Origin: a candidate division FCPU426 bacterium
Lineage (GTDB): Bacteria > Oederibacteriota > Muellerivitia > Muellerivitales > Muellerivitaceae
Direction: 5' to 3'
Assembly: GCA_963719085.1 (NCBI GenBank)
Contig: CAVRAL010000001.1
Location: forward strand, 864,001 to 928,000
DNA: 64,000 nt
Shown here: one piece after another, positions 9,441 through 19,276 of the stretch
Layout: each line of letters opens with the position of its first letter
How positions within the stretch are numbered: position 1 is the stretch's first letter
The notes under the pieces: model-generated
Seen by the model: the letters and a program-made list of their open reading frames with translations, nothing else
The model's database searches: none
What the model was told of the DNA's origin: nothing
Program-made: the position numbers and the translations under genes

Positions 9441-10736
9441 TTAAAATAAACTTTCTTGGCCAGCTTCAGGTTCCGACGAAACCACTTGGGATTCCAGCTT
9501 GCCCTTTTGGAGTTCCACAATCAAGCGGTCGCCCTTGGCGGCATCCGCCGGCGATCGAAGGATTTTCCCCGTTTTTTTACTGGTCACAATGGCGTATCCC
9601 CTTTGCAAGGGGCCGTGCGGGTGATAGGCCTTCAACTGGGCTTCCAGTCCATTGAGCTTTTCCCGCAAGGGCTTCATCAATTGAAGGGGCGTGAAGCGGG
9701 ACAAAAATCCAGCCAGATGATCGAGCTGTAACTGGCGGTCCTTGAGTTTTTGGTCCAGGGCGTCCCTTAAATTTTCCAGGCTTAAATCCACTTGTTGGCG
9801 GGCCTGGTCCAAAAGACGGTCGGGACGGCGTTCCCGGAGGCTGTTGCCCATCTCGTCCAAATCCCTTTGCTTGTTCGAAAGAAGGCTGTCCCAGGCTTCT
9901 TTTAAGCGGTGCTGAAGGCTGTTGAGCTGGTCCCGGGTCTCGTCCAAGCCCGGCGCGATATGGGCCGCCGCTGCGGTGGGCGTGGCTTCCCTTCGATCGG
10001 CCACGAAATCGCAAAGGCTGAAGTCAATCTCATGGCCCACCGCGCAAATCGTCGGGATGGCGCAATCCGCCAAGGCCCGTACCACGCCCTCGTCGTTAAA
10101 AGCCGCCAAGTCCTCCAAACTGCCGCCGCCCCGGGTGATGACCAAAACATCGTGCTTCGCCAGTCGGGACACTGTCTCGATGGCCTCAACAATTTCCCCC
10201 GGCGCCTCGACTCCCTGGACCTTCACGGGAAAAAGTTCCACTTCATCGATCCCCACGCGGGTTTCTAGTATCTTCATAAAATCTTGGATGGCGGCTCCGG
10301 AGGGCGAGGTGATCAAGGCGATCTTGTGGGGATGCTCCGGCACGGGCTTTTTGCGGGCCTCGTCGAAAAGCCCCTCGGCCAAAAGTTTTTTCTTCAATTG
10401 CTCAAAAGCCAATTGAAGCGCGCCCAATCCCGCCGGTTCCATCGTGCGCACGATCAATTGGAACTGGCCCCGGGCCTCAAAGAGGCTTAAAGAACCGCCC
10501 ACAATCACCTTTTGGCCGGTGGCGGGCTGGAAGGCCAGAGAGTTATTCATGCCTTTAAAAAAAGCGCAGGACACCACGCAGCGCTCATCCTTCAAGTCGA
10601 AATACATATGACCCGAAGGGTGTTTGGTGAAGCGGCCGATTTCGCCTTGGACAAAAATTTGGCCGAACTTGGCTTCCAGCAGGGCCCGGGCGCTTTGAAC
10701 GATTTCGCTGACCGAATAGATGGGGACGTCGCTCAC
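9441..10736 (-). CDS. xseA: Exodeoxyribonuclease VII large subunit
   Basis: VQGEI..F..HPSGHMYF.LKD, ITSPSGAAIQD, RGGGSLEDL, AVGHEID motifs. Confidence 0.97.
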   Translation of the reverse strand: MSDVPIYSVSEIVQSARALLEAKFGQIFVQGEIGRFTKHPSGHMYFDLKDERCVVSCAFFKGMNNSLAFQPATGQKVIVGGSLSLFEARGQFQLIVRTMEPAGLGALQLAFEQLKKKLLAEGLFDEARKKPVPEHPHKIALITSPSGAAIQDFMKILETRVGIDEVELFPVKVQGVEAPGEIVEAIETVSRLAKHDVLVITRGGGSLEDLAAFNDEGVVRALADCAIPTICAVGHEIDFSLCDFVADRREATPTAAAAHIAPGLDETRDQLNSLQHRLKEAWDSLLSNKQRDLDEMGNSLRERRPDRLLDQARQQVDLSLENLRDALDQKLKDRQLQLDHLAGFLSRFTPLQLMKPLREKLNGLEAQLKAYHPHGPLQRGYAIVTSKKTGKILRSPADAAKGDRLIVELQKGKLESQVVSSEPEAGQESLF

Positions 10737-11656
10737 GCGTGGATCTCCAGGAGCCGGACTTGACCGAGCGCCTTTTGAAAGGCCGCCCGGGTAAAACCCT
10801 CAATTCCGCTTTGCGCGACCACCCGGGCCGCCGCCGAAGCCCAGCGGCAGCGGTCCGCGAAGGCCAATTGATTTTGGCTGGCCGCCAAGTAGCCGGCGAG
10901 AAATCCGTCACCGGCGCCCACCACCAACCGGCGTTTCAAAGGCGCCGCGTTGCGCAGGCCCAGGACCAGGCCGTCTTCCCAGGCCAAGGCGCCCTCCGCC
11001 CCATGGGTGATGGCCCCGTGGCGGATTCCTTGGGCCCTGAGTTTGGGGATTTGCGTGGCCGCTTTGTCCAAAGTCGGGCAAGCCGCCGGCCAAATGCCGT
11101 TGAACTCATCCAAATTGACCTTGAGAAACCAAGGTCTTTGGGCCATCGCCTTTTTGAGCCCCAAACCGGAAGCGTCCAAAAGGGTCCGGACCCCTTGGGC
11201 GTTCCACCGCTTGATCCATTCGGCGTAAAGACCGGTATTTTTTTCGGGCAGCCTTCCGGTCAAGACCAGCCAATCCCCTTTTCGCAGGGACTTCCGGAGG
11301 CGGCGGTTCCATTCCCGGGGGTTGATCGGAAAACCCGCGTGGTTGAACTTGGCTGATTCTTTGGAATTCCGCAATACCACATTGGCCCGCACCGGACTTT
11401 CATCCCGGACCCACTCCACCCGGAGTTTTTTAGGCCGGGTCAGGTGGAAATAAAGCGCCTGGGTGGCTTCCTTTTCCCCGAAGGGGGCCCAAAGCACCGC
11501 GGGGACGCGCAGTTCCCGTAAAAAGCAGGCCACGTTCATGGCCTTGCCGCCGGGTGAAACGGAAAAGGATTCCACCGAGCCGATCTTGCCGGAGGCGGGC
11601 TCCGATAGCCGGAAATCAAAATCCAGCGCCGGGTTGGGATTCAGAAGATGGATCAA
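10733..11656 (-). CDS. PfkB / 1-phosphofructokinase-family hexose kinase
   Basis: NPALD, PGGKAMNVA, LKVN..E, VGAGDGFLAG anion hole. Confidence 0.88.
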   Translation of the reverse strand: MIHLLNPNPALDFDFRLSEPASGKIGSVESFSVSPGGKAMNVACFLRELRVPAVLWAPFGEKEATQALYFHLTRPKKLRVEWVRDESPVRANVVLRNSKESAKFNHAGFPINPREWNRRLRKSLRKGDWLVLTGRLPEKNTGLYAEWIKRWNAQGVRTLLDASGLGLKKAMAQRPWFLKVNLDEFNGIWPAACPTLDKAATQIPKLRAQGIRHGAITHGAEGALAWEDGLVLGLRNAAPLKRRLVVGAGDGFLAGYLAASQNQLAFADRCRWASAAARVVAQSGIEGFTRAAFQKALGQVRLLEIHA

Positions 11657-12375
11657 GGAATTTTTCGAACGGGCTTGGGCGGCGGATGGGCGTGAAGCAA
11701 CGGATAGAGGCTTTTTAATTTTTGGGCCGCCTCGATTTGAGTGCCCTGGTCATCGCTTTGCTTGAGGATTTTTTGCCAAAGATTGATCGCGTCCTGGGTT
11801 CGGCCCACCTCCGCGTAAGTATTGGCCAGGATATTGACCAACATTTCGGGCGCGCCCCCGCGCTCGATTTGGGCCTCCAAAAAAGGGATGACCTTGTCAT
11901 ATTGCTGGGTATTTTGATAGGCGATGGCGGCATAAAGCAGCTTCAAACTGACGTCATTGGGATTGGCCAAAATCCCCTTTTGCAGAAGCTTGGCGGCTTC
12001 CACCGGCCTTTTGACGTGAAAGGCCAAGGCGGCCGCCCCAAAGTTGTAGATGGGCGTGAAATTGGGGTTTAAGTCCGAGGCCAGGCTGCAGTAATCATAA
12101 AGTTTCGCGTAGCGCGTGGAGGCGTTATCCGAGTTGCCGTAATATTGAATGACTTGTATCCAAAAGACATGGCCGACCAAAAGTTTGAAGCCGCTTAAAT
12201 AACCCACCGCCCGCAGGGCCGACGGCACATCCTTCCCTAACGTGTCCTCCGAAAAGGGCCGGGGATGGACCCAGGCGCCCAGCAAAGTGGAAAAAAAGAT
12301 TTGCGCGGCCATCGCGCCCGTGATGGCCTTGAAACGCCAATCCCGGATCCAGGACGCGGATGGCCCCGGACTCAA
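11653..12375 (-). CDS. Membrane-anchored TPR protein (PilG/XapA-like ABC accessory)
   Basis: TPR helices, W...IQYYG and L.P.F..IY motifs; start placed at the TTG overlapping the upstream TGA. Confidence 0.7.
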   Translation of the reverse strand: MSPGPSASWIRDWRFKAITGAMAAQIFFSTLLGAWVHPRPFSEDTLGKDVPSALRAVGYLSGFKLLVGHVFWIQVIQYYGNSDNASTRYAKLYDYCSLASDLNPNFTPIYNFGAAALAFHVKRPVEAAKLLQKGILANPNDVSLKLLYAAIAYQNTQQYDKVIPFLEAQIERGGAPEMLVNILANTYAEVGRTQDAINLWQKILKQSDDQGTQIEAAQKLKSLYPLLHAHPPPKPVRKIP

Positions 12376-13148
12376 CGGAATTCCCTTTTCTCCAGCGAAA
12401 TCCAACCGATCAAGAAAACCACCGCCGAATAAAAGAAAGAATAGAGCAAAACTTCCTGCCATTGCGCCAAGCCCACCACCAGGGTCGGATCGTAAATGCG
12501 GTCTTTCAAATCAAATATCTGTAAATTCGGAAGACAGTAATAAATAACCATCAGGATCCATTTGACGAAGGCGTCATGCTGTTTTTCCATGAGCCATAGG
12601 ATCTCCCCGATCATCCGGCCCAAAAGGATGGTGAACAAGGTATAGAGCACCACCCGGACCATGGATGTGGCGATCATTTGATAGGTCAGCCCCAAAAAGG
12701 TGAGGACCAGCATTTCCAAGATCATGAAAATCACGCTGGAAACAAAATAAACTGGGATGGTTCCCCCGCCGATCACGACCACCATGAAAACCAGGAAAAA
12801 CACGTTGCCCAGGATGACCAGCATATTCATCATGAAAAAGCCGATGACGCGGCCCAATAAATACTCTCCCCGGGTCACGGGCTTGGCCAACTGCAGGAAA
12901 ATGGCCTTTTGGTCCATCTCGGTGGTGTAGGTGACGGCCAGGCTTAAAAGTAAAACCATCCAGCCGGCCAATTCGGTTCCGCCCAGTCCCAAATCCATGA
13001 AAATTTTCAACGCGTCCCCATAGCTTAAAAGGGACAACAAGAAAGACAAGCCGCCGATGGCGATCACCGACACCACCCAAACGATCAATAAATTACTGCG
13101 GATCAGCTCGCGATAGGTAAAGTGCGCGACCGCCAGGACTCGTCTCAT
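12372..13148 (-). CDS. ABC-2 type permease (PilI-like)
   Basis: About 6 TM segments; E....IF..LAKPVTRGEYLLGR; LPNL..FD. Confidence 0.88.
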   Translation of the reverse strand: MRRVLAVAHFTYRELIRSNLLIVWVVSVIAIGGLSFLLSLLSYGDALKIFMDLGLGGTELAGWMVLLLSLAVTYTTEMDQKAIFLQLAKPVTRGEYLLGRVIGFFMMNMLVILGNVFFLVFMVVVIGGGTIPVYFVSSVIFMILEMLVLTFLGLTYQMIATSMVRVVLYTLFTILLGRMIGEILWLMEKQHDAFVKWILMVIYYCLPNLQIFDLKDRIYDPTLVVGLAQWQEVLLYSFFYSAVVFLIGWISLEKREFR

Positions 13149-14104
13149 GATTTGCCGCTCCCTTGCGAAACGTTTTTTCCAATGGCGTTCAGAAAGTAAG
13201 CTTCCACCACGGAGGATAAGGGCCTGACGCCCGCGATTTTGGCTCCCCGGGATTGAATTTGGGACAAGGTTTCATTTAAAGAAAGCCCGGGGATTTGAAC
13301 CCCGCCGTGCTTTTGAATGGAATCCTGATATGGAAGGCCGCCCAACTTGGAGGCGTCGGTCTTTTCGACATCCAGCCAATAGTCCACCGGTAAATCCGAA
13401 GCCAACACTTTGGAAATGGGCGCCACATCCCTCAAGACGCCCTCATGCATGATACCGATCCGGTCGCAAACCCGTTCCACCTCATCCAAAATATGGGTAT
13501 TGAGAAAAAGGGTGGTTCCGGTTTTTTTTAGGTCGAGAAAAATATCCCGCATTTCCTTGTAACCCACCGGGTCCAAGCCGCTCATGGGCTCGTCACAAAT
13601 CAAAAGCCGGGGTTTTCCAATGAGCGCTTGGCCGATTCCTATGCGTTGGAGCATACCCTTGGAATAATCCGAAAGCCGGACGCCCGCCGCCTTGGTCATT
13701 CGGACCAGTTCTAAAACCTCCTCCACCCGGCTGGAGAGCGTTTTTCCGGAGATTCCGTGTAAGGCGCCGAAATAGGACAAAAGTTCCCGGCCCGTATGCT
13801 GGCGGGAAAAATAAGGAAGCTCCGAAAGATAACCGATCTGTTCCCGGACGCGGCGGTCCGTGATCCGGCCCCCCAAAATCTCAACTTTTCCGGCGTCGGG
13901 ATAAACGAAACCTAAAAGAACCTTCAAGGTCGTTGTTTTGCCCGCGCCATTGAGCCCCAGCAATCCGAAGGCTTGGTTTTCATAAAGATCGAGGTTGAGG
14001 GATTTGACCGCCGGAGTGACTTTAGGCTTAAACCAAAAACCGGTTTTGTAAGTCTTGGACATGTTTTGAATGCGGATGACGGTGGGGGCGGCGGTAGGTT
14101 CCAT
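13145..14104 (-). CDS. ABC transporter ATP-binding protein (PilH-like)
   Basis: Walker A GLNGAGKTT, signature YSKGM, Walker B LICDEP, H-loop NTH. Confidence 0.93.
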   Translation of the reverse strand: MEPTAAPTVIRIQNMSKTYKTGFWFKPKVTPAVKSLNLDLYENQAFGLLGLNGAGKTTTLKVLLGFVYPDAGKVEILGGRITDRRVREQIGYLSELPYFSRQHTGRELLSYFGALHGISGKTLSSRVEEVLELVRMTKAAGVRLSDYSKGMLQRIGIGQALIGKPRLLICDEPMSGLDPVGYKEMRDIFLDLKKTGTTLFLNTHILDEVERVCDRIGIMHEGVLRDVAPISKVLASDLPVDYWLDVEKTDASKLGGLPYQDSIQKHGGVQIPGLSLNETLSQIQSRGAKIAGVRPLSSVVEAYFLNAIGKNVSQGSGKS

Positions 14105-14943
14105 TAGTTCCCGATCTCCACGAAACTTTCCAACCGCTCAAAAAGGGCCATGGCCGCTTGGATGGCCAAGGCGCTGGTTTTGGGATTCTCAACGGAAGGA
14201 TGGTTACGGGTCACCGCGGTCAACTCCCCAAAAGTGCCTTGAACGTCGATCTGGTGCTGATTCAACCGGGCTTGGGGGTCGGCCACCACCCGCACTTTTA
14301 CCAGCCGCGGGTTTCCCGAAGCGACCGCCAAGGTCGCGCTGACATTCACGTTGGCCGGAAAACGCTCAATGGCCCCCCAAACATCACCCTGATAAAGATA
14401 AAAAGGTTTTTGGGCGCTGTAAAGCGACTTTTTTTGCGCCGCCGTCAATCCCGGGGCCCCTAAAAATCCCTTGGGCGGCTTGGTGGAAGTAATCGATATT
14501 TTTTTAATTTTCCCCAATTGCCGGGCGGCCTTTACGCCGTCGATTCCCGCCAAGGCTCCTGAGGGCAAATAAACCTTGGTTTTGTATTTGCGGGCCAGCG
14601 CCTCAATTTGTTTTTGATGCTTGAGAAATCCGCCAGTACTCATAAGAACGACGGGCTTTTTGGACTTTAAGGCCGCGGGCACTAAAAGCGGGACCGCCTT
14701 GACGGAGGCCGCTTCCAGCACGAAATCCACCCGGCCGATCAGATCGGAAAGCTTTTGGGCGACGGCGGGCCGGGATTTTAAGCTTCGCGCCAGTTTTTGG
14801 GCTTGGGAGGTTTGAACATCGTAAACGGAGGAGACGCGAAAGGCTGATTTTCGTTTTTCCAGAAGGCGAGCGACCGTCGAGCCGATGGCTCCACAGCCCA
14901 CAATCCCCAGACGCCGTGAGTTGGCCTGAGGCCGGGCGCTCAC
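14104..14943 (-). CDS. nadX: L-aspartate dehydrogenase
   Basis: GCGAIG, EAAS, LPSGALAGID, FPANVNVSATL, NPKTS.LA; adjacent to nadA. Confidence 0.92.
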   Translation of the reverse strand: MSARPQANSRRLGIVGCGAIGSTVARLLEKRKSAFRVSSVYDVQTSQAQKLARSLKSRPAVAQKLSDLIGRVDFVLEAASVKAVPLLVPAALKSKKPVVLMSTGGFLKHQKQIEALARKYKTKVYLPSGALAGIDGVKAARQLGKIKKISITSTKPPKGFLGAPGLTAAQKKSLYSAQKPFYLYQGDVWGAIERFPANVNVSATLAVASGNPRLVKVRVVADPQARLNQHQIDVQGTFGELTAVTRNHPSVENPKTSALAIQAAMALFERLESFVEIGN

Positions 14944-15875
14944 TTCGTAGGCACCGCCGCCAGCATGCCGTCGAGGGCCTTCAAGGCCTTCAACCGGATT
15001 TCTTCGGGAATCTCGATGGGGTGTTTCAATTCTTTCAAGGACTCATAAACATCCTCCAACTGGGTCATCTTCATGTTGGGGCAGATGAGGCCCTTGCTGG
15101 GTTGAAGAAAAGTTTTGTCCGGCATGGCCGTGCGCAAACGGTGCAGCATGCCCATTTCGGTTCCGATAATGAAGGTCGTCGCGGGGGACGCCTGGCAATA
15201 GCGGAGCATTTGCGAGGTGGACAGGATGGCGTCCGCCATATTGCAGATGTCCTCGTTGCTTTCCGGGTGGATGACCACCTTCGCGTCCGGATATTGCTGT
15301 TTCAGGTCGATGATGTCCTTGGCCTTCATGCGCTGGTGGGTCGGGCAGCAGCCCGCCCAAAGGATGATTTTCTTTTCGGTCTGGGTCTGGACCCAGCGGC
15401 CCAAATGCTGGTCGGGCACGAATAAAATCTCGTCCTGCGGCATGGCGTTGACCACCTGCACGGCGTTGGCCGAGGTACAGCAAACGTCCGACATGGATTT
15501 AATTTCCGCCGAGCAATTCACGTAAGCCACCACGGCCGCGTTGGGGTGTTGGGCCTTGGCTTGACGCAGTTGGTCGGGCGTGATCATATCGGCCAGGGGG
15601 CAGCCGGCTTCCGCCGCCGGCAATAAAACGGTTTTCTGGGGCGAGAGGATCTTGGCGGTTTCCGCCATGAAGTGCACACTGCAAAACACGATGACATCGG
15701 CGTCGGTCTTGGCGGCTAAACGGGAAAGTTCCAGCGAGTCGCCCACGTAATCGGCGATATCCTGAACCTCGGGCCGCTCGTAGCTATGGGCCAAGATGAC
15801 GGCATTGCGTTCTTTTTTGAGTTGGGCGATCCGGGTTTTGAGCTCGTCATCATCCAGGAATAAGTCGAGTGACAT
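14940..15875 (-). CDS. nadA: Quinolinate synthase A
   Basis: ILAH.Y, GDSL, FMAETAKIL, three Fe-S Cys (GCPLA, CPTH, CPNMK), HPE. Confidence 0.97.
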   Translation of the reverse strand: MSLDLFLDDDELKTRIAQLKKERNAVILAHSYERPEVQDIADYVGDSLELSRLAAKTDADVIVFCSVHFMAETAKILSPQKTVLLPAAEAGCPLADMITPDQLRQAKAQHPNAAVVAYVNCSAEIKSMSDVCCTSANAVQVVNAMPQDEILFVPDQHLGRWVQTQTEKKIILWAGCCPTHQRMKAKDIIDLKQQYPDAKVVIHPESNEDICNMADAILSTSQMLRYCQASPATTFIIGTEMGMLHRLRTAMPDKTFLQPSKGLICPNMKMTQLEDVYESLKELKHPIEIPEEIRLKALKALDGMLAAVPTK

Positions 15876-15877
15876 GG

Positions 15878-16243
15878 TCAGCCTCCCTTTTTGACTTTTT
15901 TAACCTTGTTTTGGGCGCTCACGTGGACCACCGTGGGAGCGTAGCCTTTGGGAGGCGCCGAGTTGAAAGTCTCGTAGGTTAAAACAATGATCTGGTCGCC
16001 CACCTCGGCGTGCCGGGCGGCGGCGCCGTTGAGGCAGACCACGCCGGAGTTGGCTTTTCCCAAAATCGCGTAGGTCTCGATGCGGGCGCCGTTGTTGAGA
16101 TTGAGCACATGAACCTGCTCATAGGGAGCGATATCGGCCGCTTCCAGCAGTTTGGGGTCCACGGTGATGCTTCCCTCGTACTGTAGATCGGTTTGGGTCA
16201 CGGTGGCTTGGTGGATTTTGGAACGGATGAAGGTTCGGCTCAT
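15878..16243 (-). CDS. panD: Aspartate 1-decarboxylase proenzyme
   Basis: SKIH.ATVT, YEG|SITVD autocleavage site, ETY, LNGAAAR. Confidence 0.97.
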   Translation of the reverse strand: MSRTFIRSKIHQATVTQTDLQYEGSITVDPKLLEAADIAPYEQVHVLNLNNGARIETYAILGKANSGVVCLNGAAARHAEVGDQIIVLTYETFNSAPPKGYAPTVVHVSAQNKVKKVKKGG

Positions 16244-16349
16244 GACCACCTCTAAAGTCTATTTTGATTCCAGCCCCAACTCATCCATTGATGGAAAAGG
16301 CCTATTGTATGGGCTTTTTCAGGCCCTGTTAAGAACTGTTACGTTAATA

Positions 16350-17198
16350 TCAGAGGATAAGATTGTCAATAAGACGAACATTGTCAATAAAAGCGGCCAA
16401 AGCCAGCAGGACTCCCGGCTTTAACTGCCCGGCGGGCTGCAACAGGCCTGTTTCCACCGCTTCCAGGTACTGAAGCTTTACTTTTTTTTCCTCACGGATC
16501 ACTTTTTTCATTTCGGCTAAAACTTTGTCCGCGCGGGTCTCACCCAAATCAAAAATAGTCTTCCCCACCTTCAAGGCCCGGTACAAAACCGGCGCGATCC
16601 GCCGTCCCTCCGGCGTCAGACGGACATTCCGAGAGCTCATGGCCAGGCCGTCAAACTCGCGCACGATCGGGCAAATGACCGTTTCCACGTCCAGGTTCAA
16701 ATCCTTAATCACTTGCCGAAGCATAATGGCTTGTTGCGCGTCTTTTTGCCCCAGATAAAGCCGGGTGGGTTGGACAGCGCCCAAAAGTTTGGCGACCACG
16801 GTGGCCACGCCGTCAAAATGCCCTGGACGAAAAGGCGCGCACAAACCGGAAACCAAAGGCCCCGTCACCTTCACTTGACTGGAAAAACCTTCCGGATACA
16901 TCACCTTGTCGCTGGGGGTGAAAACCGTATGGACCTTTTCTTTTTTCAAAAGGGCCAGATCGGCTTCCAAGGTCCGGGGATATTGTTTGAAATCTTCTTT
17001 CGGACCAAATTGGAGCGGGTTGACATAAATGGAAGCCACGACCACTTGGTTGGCTTTGCGCGCGATCTTCACGAGCTCCAGATGGCCCTGATGTAAAGCG
17101 CCCATGGTGGGGACAAACCCCACGGACTTCCCCGCTTTTTTCCACAACCGGGCCTGGGCCTGCATGGCGGCGGGATCGGGAATAAGCTGGATGGGCAT
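16350..17198 (-). CDS. panC: Pantoate--beta-alanine ligase
   Basis: FVPTMGALHQGH, RPGHFDGV, GQKDAQQ, AMSSRN, RLIDN. Confidence 0.98.
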   Translation of the reverse strand: MPIQLIPDPAAMQAQARLWKKAGKSVGFVPTMGALHQGHLELVKIARKANQVVVASIYVNPLQFGPKEDFKQYPRTLEADLALLKKEKVHTVFTPSDKVMYPEGFSSQVKVTGPLVSGLCAPFRPGHFDGVATVVAKLLGAVQPTRLYLGQKDAQQAIMLRQVIKDLNLDVETVICPIVREFDGLAMSSRNVRLTPEGRRIAPVLYRALKVGKTIFDLGETRADKVLAEMKKVIREEKKVKLQYLEAVETGLLQPAGQLKPGVLLALAAFIDNVRLIDNLIL

Positions 17199-17209
17199 GG
17201 ATACTGACT

Positions 17210-17632
17210 TCAGTTACGGACGAAAGTGTCGTAGTAACAGGTAGCGGGACCGGAGCCGGTCACATCCAGTTCCAGATAATAATTTCCGTTGGGCAGGGGC
17301 GTTCCTTGGGCATTGGCGGGGGTGACGGGCAAAGTCGCCGGTGAAGTCTGGCCGGAATGCAGGTCGGTTCTTACGTTCGAGTAGGTGGAATCGAATATTT
17401 TCACTTCAACGCTCGCGGTTCCAGTAAAAGGTGGGACCGCAACTTGGCCCGTGCCGGAACCGGACCAGGGGTTCGGCGTCAACAAGGTGGTCTGGGAACA
17501 TTGGTTGAAACTAGGCGTGTTGGTCGGTGTGGGGCCGGCGCCGTAAAGCGTGAGCTTAGTATCCTGGCAACCGAGGATGGCGAACAACGGAGATGAACAG
17601 ACCAATAAGATCAAAAATAATTTTTTCATCAT
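17210..17632 (-). CDS. Small lipoprotein with TPT linker and FlgD-Ig/T9SS-tail-like domain
   Basis: Lipobox ILGC; PTPTNTP; PNP..VKIFD..G.PLPNGNYY pattern; GGAGG RBS. Confidence 0.65.
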   Translation of the reverse strand: MMKKLFLILLVCSSPLFAILGCQDTKLTLYGAGPTPTNTPSFNQCSQTTLLTPNPWSGSGTGQVAVPPFTGTASVEVKIFDSTYSNVRTDLHSGQTSPATLPVTPANAQGTPLPNGNYYLELDVTGSGPATCYYDTFVRN

Positions 17633-17666
17633 AAACCTCCAAAATTCATAACCCCATTTAAATTAA

Positions 17667-18455
17667 TTATACCTTAGGAAATTGACGGGTGCGGACTTCC
17701 TCGGAGTAACTCATCAGGGCCTTCCGGATGGTCTCGTGTAAATGGAGATAAGCCTTGGCGTGTTTGGGATGAAAATCAGGCAAAAGTCCCAAAAGGTCGT
17801 GAAGCACCTGAACCTGCCCGCCGCAATGGGGCCCGGCGCCGATGCCGATGGTGGGGATCTTTAAAGCCGCCGATATTTTTTTCGCCGTATCCGCGGGAAC
17901 CAACTCAAGCACTACCGCGAAAGCCCCGGCCTGTTCCAGTGCTTTGGCTTGCTTCAAAAGCTTGGCCGCCGAAGCCTTGTCTTTACCCTGCTGGCGGTAG
18001 CCGCCCATTTGATGAATATGTTGGGGCGTGAATCCGACATGGCCCACGACGGGGATTCCGTTTTCAACCAAAAAGGCCGTGACTTCCGGCGCTTGGGGGC
18101 ACCATTCCAGCTTTACCGCTTTGGCTCCGGCTTCGGCCAAAAAAGCGCCTGCATTTTCCAAAGCTTCTTCCAAACCCAACTGATAAGACAGAAAAGGCAT
18201 ATCGCCGATGACTAAGGCGCGCTTGGTTCCCCGCCCGACCGCCTTGGTGTGATGGATCATCTCATCCATGCTGGCGGAAAGGGTCGAGTCACGCCCCAGC
18301 ATGGTCATGGACAGGCTGTCGCCCACCAAGATCGCGTCCACGCCCGCGGCATCGGCCGCCAGGGCCATGGAATAATCGTAAGCCGTGACCATGACGATCT
18401 TTTCGCCCAAGTCTTTTTTCTTTTGGAAGTCCAACACAGTCACGGGCTTGTCCAC
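17667..18455 (-). CDS. panB: 3-methyl-2-oxobutanoate hydroxymethyltransferase
   Basis: TAYDY, ILVGDSL, DMPF, VKLE, GHVGFTPQ, IGIGAG. Confidence 0.98.
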   Translation of the reverse strand: MDKPVTVLDFQKKKDLGEKIVMVTAYDYSMALAADAAGVDAILVGDSLSMTMLGRDSTLSASMDEMIHHTKAVGRGTKRALVIGDMPFLSYQLGLEEALENAGAFLAEAGAKAVKLEWCPQAPEVTAFLVENGIPVVGHVGFTPQHIHQMGGYRQQGKDKASAAKLLKQAKALEQAGAFAVVLELVPADTAKKISAALKIPTIGIGAGPHCGGQVQVLHDLLGLLPDFHPKHAKAYLHLHETIRKALMSYSEEVRTRQFPKV

Positions 18456-18498
18456 GATTAAACCCCTTTATTAAGAAAAACATTAACCAACAAAAAAA

Positions 18499-18603
18499 GC
18501 TCACGCAAAGACGCCAAGACACTAAGAAGGGCAAAAACAAATTAGGTTTTAAAATCAAAAATCTTCAACGACTACCTTGGCGTCTTAGCGTCTTTGCGTG
18601 AGC
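18499..18603. repeat. Intergenic palindromic REP-like element, family B (CCAAGACGCCAAG type)
   Basis: Arms gctcacgcaaagacgccaagacactaag (18499-18526) and cttggcgtcttagcgtctttgcgtgagc (18576-18603), ~9-bp internal periodicity. Confidence 0.9.
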
Positions 18604-18631
18604 CCTTTGTTTTGGTTTTACTAAATACCCT

Positions 18632-19276
18632 TTACTTCCTTACGCTCACCGGTTGGTAATACAGCGTGCCCTTGGTGATATTTCCCATGTGTTTCAAAAG
18701 GTCGTCCAGGTCAGCGTCCCGGTGCACAAAGTCGATCTCGTTGGTGTTGACCACCATGAGCGGCGTATCCTGATAGTGGAAAAAGTAATAGTTATAGGCT
18801 TGATTGAGCTCGGTCAAATACTCCGGCGTGATGTGGGACTCGAATTTGCGGCCCCGCATGGCGATACGTTTGAGCAAAACCTCATTGGAGGCCTGCAGAT
18901 AAACCACCAGGTCTGGCTTTAAGACTTGGCTGTTGAGGATCTTATGGATTTGGTCGTAAAGTTTTAACTCATTGTCATCCAGGGTCAGATTGGCGAAGAG
19001 GCGGTCCTTGGCGAAAATATAATCGCTGACGATTCCCTGCTGGAAGAGGTCGCTTTGCAAAAGGTCTTGCTGCTGGCGGTAGCGGGACAAAAGGAAAAAA
19101 AGCTGGGTCTGAAAAGCGTGTTTGGGCATGTCCTTGTAAAACTGGGTGATGAAAGGGTTTTCTTCCAAACCCTCCAAAACCAGGCGCGCGTTTAATTTTT
19201 TGGACAAAATCTCGGCCAGGCTAGTCTTGCCGACGCCGATGGGCCCCTCAATGGTGATGTATTTATGGCTCAGCAT
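18632..19276 (-). CDS. Deoxynucleoside kinase
   Basis: IEGPIGVGKTS P-loop, FFLLSR..Q, PDLVVYL, RI..RGR..E. Confidence 0.93.
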   Translation of the reverse strand: MLSHKYITIEGPIGVGKTSLAEILSKKLNARLVLEGLEENPFITQFYKDMPKHAFQTQLFFLLSRYRQQQDLLQSDLFQQGIVSDYIFAKDRLFANLTLDDNELKLYDQIHKILNSQVLKPDLVVYLQASNEVLLKRIAMRGRKFESHITPEYLTELNQAYNYYFFHYQDTPLMVVNTNEIDFVHRDADLDDLLKHMGNITKGTLYYQPVSVRK

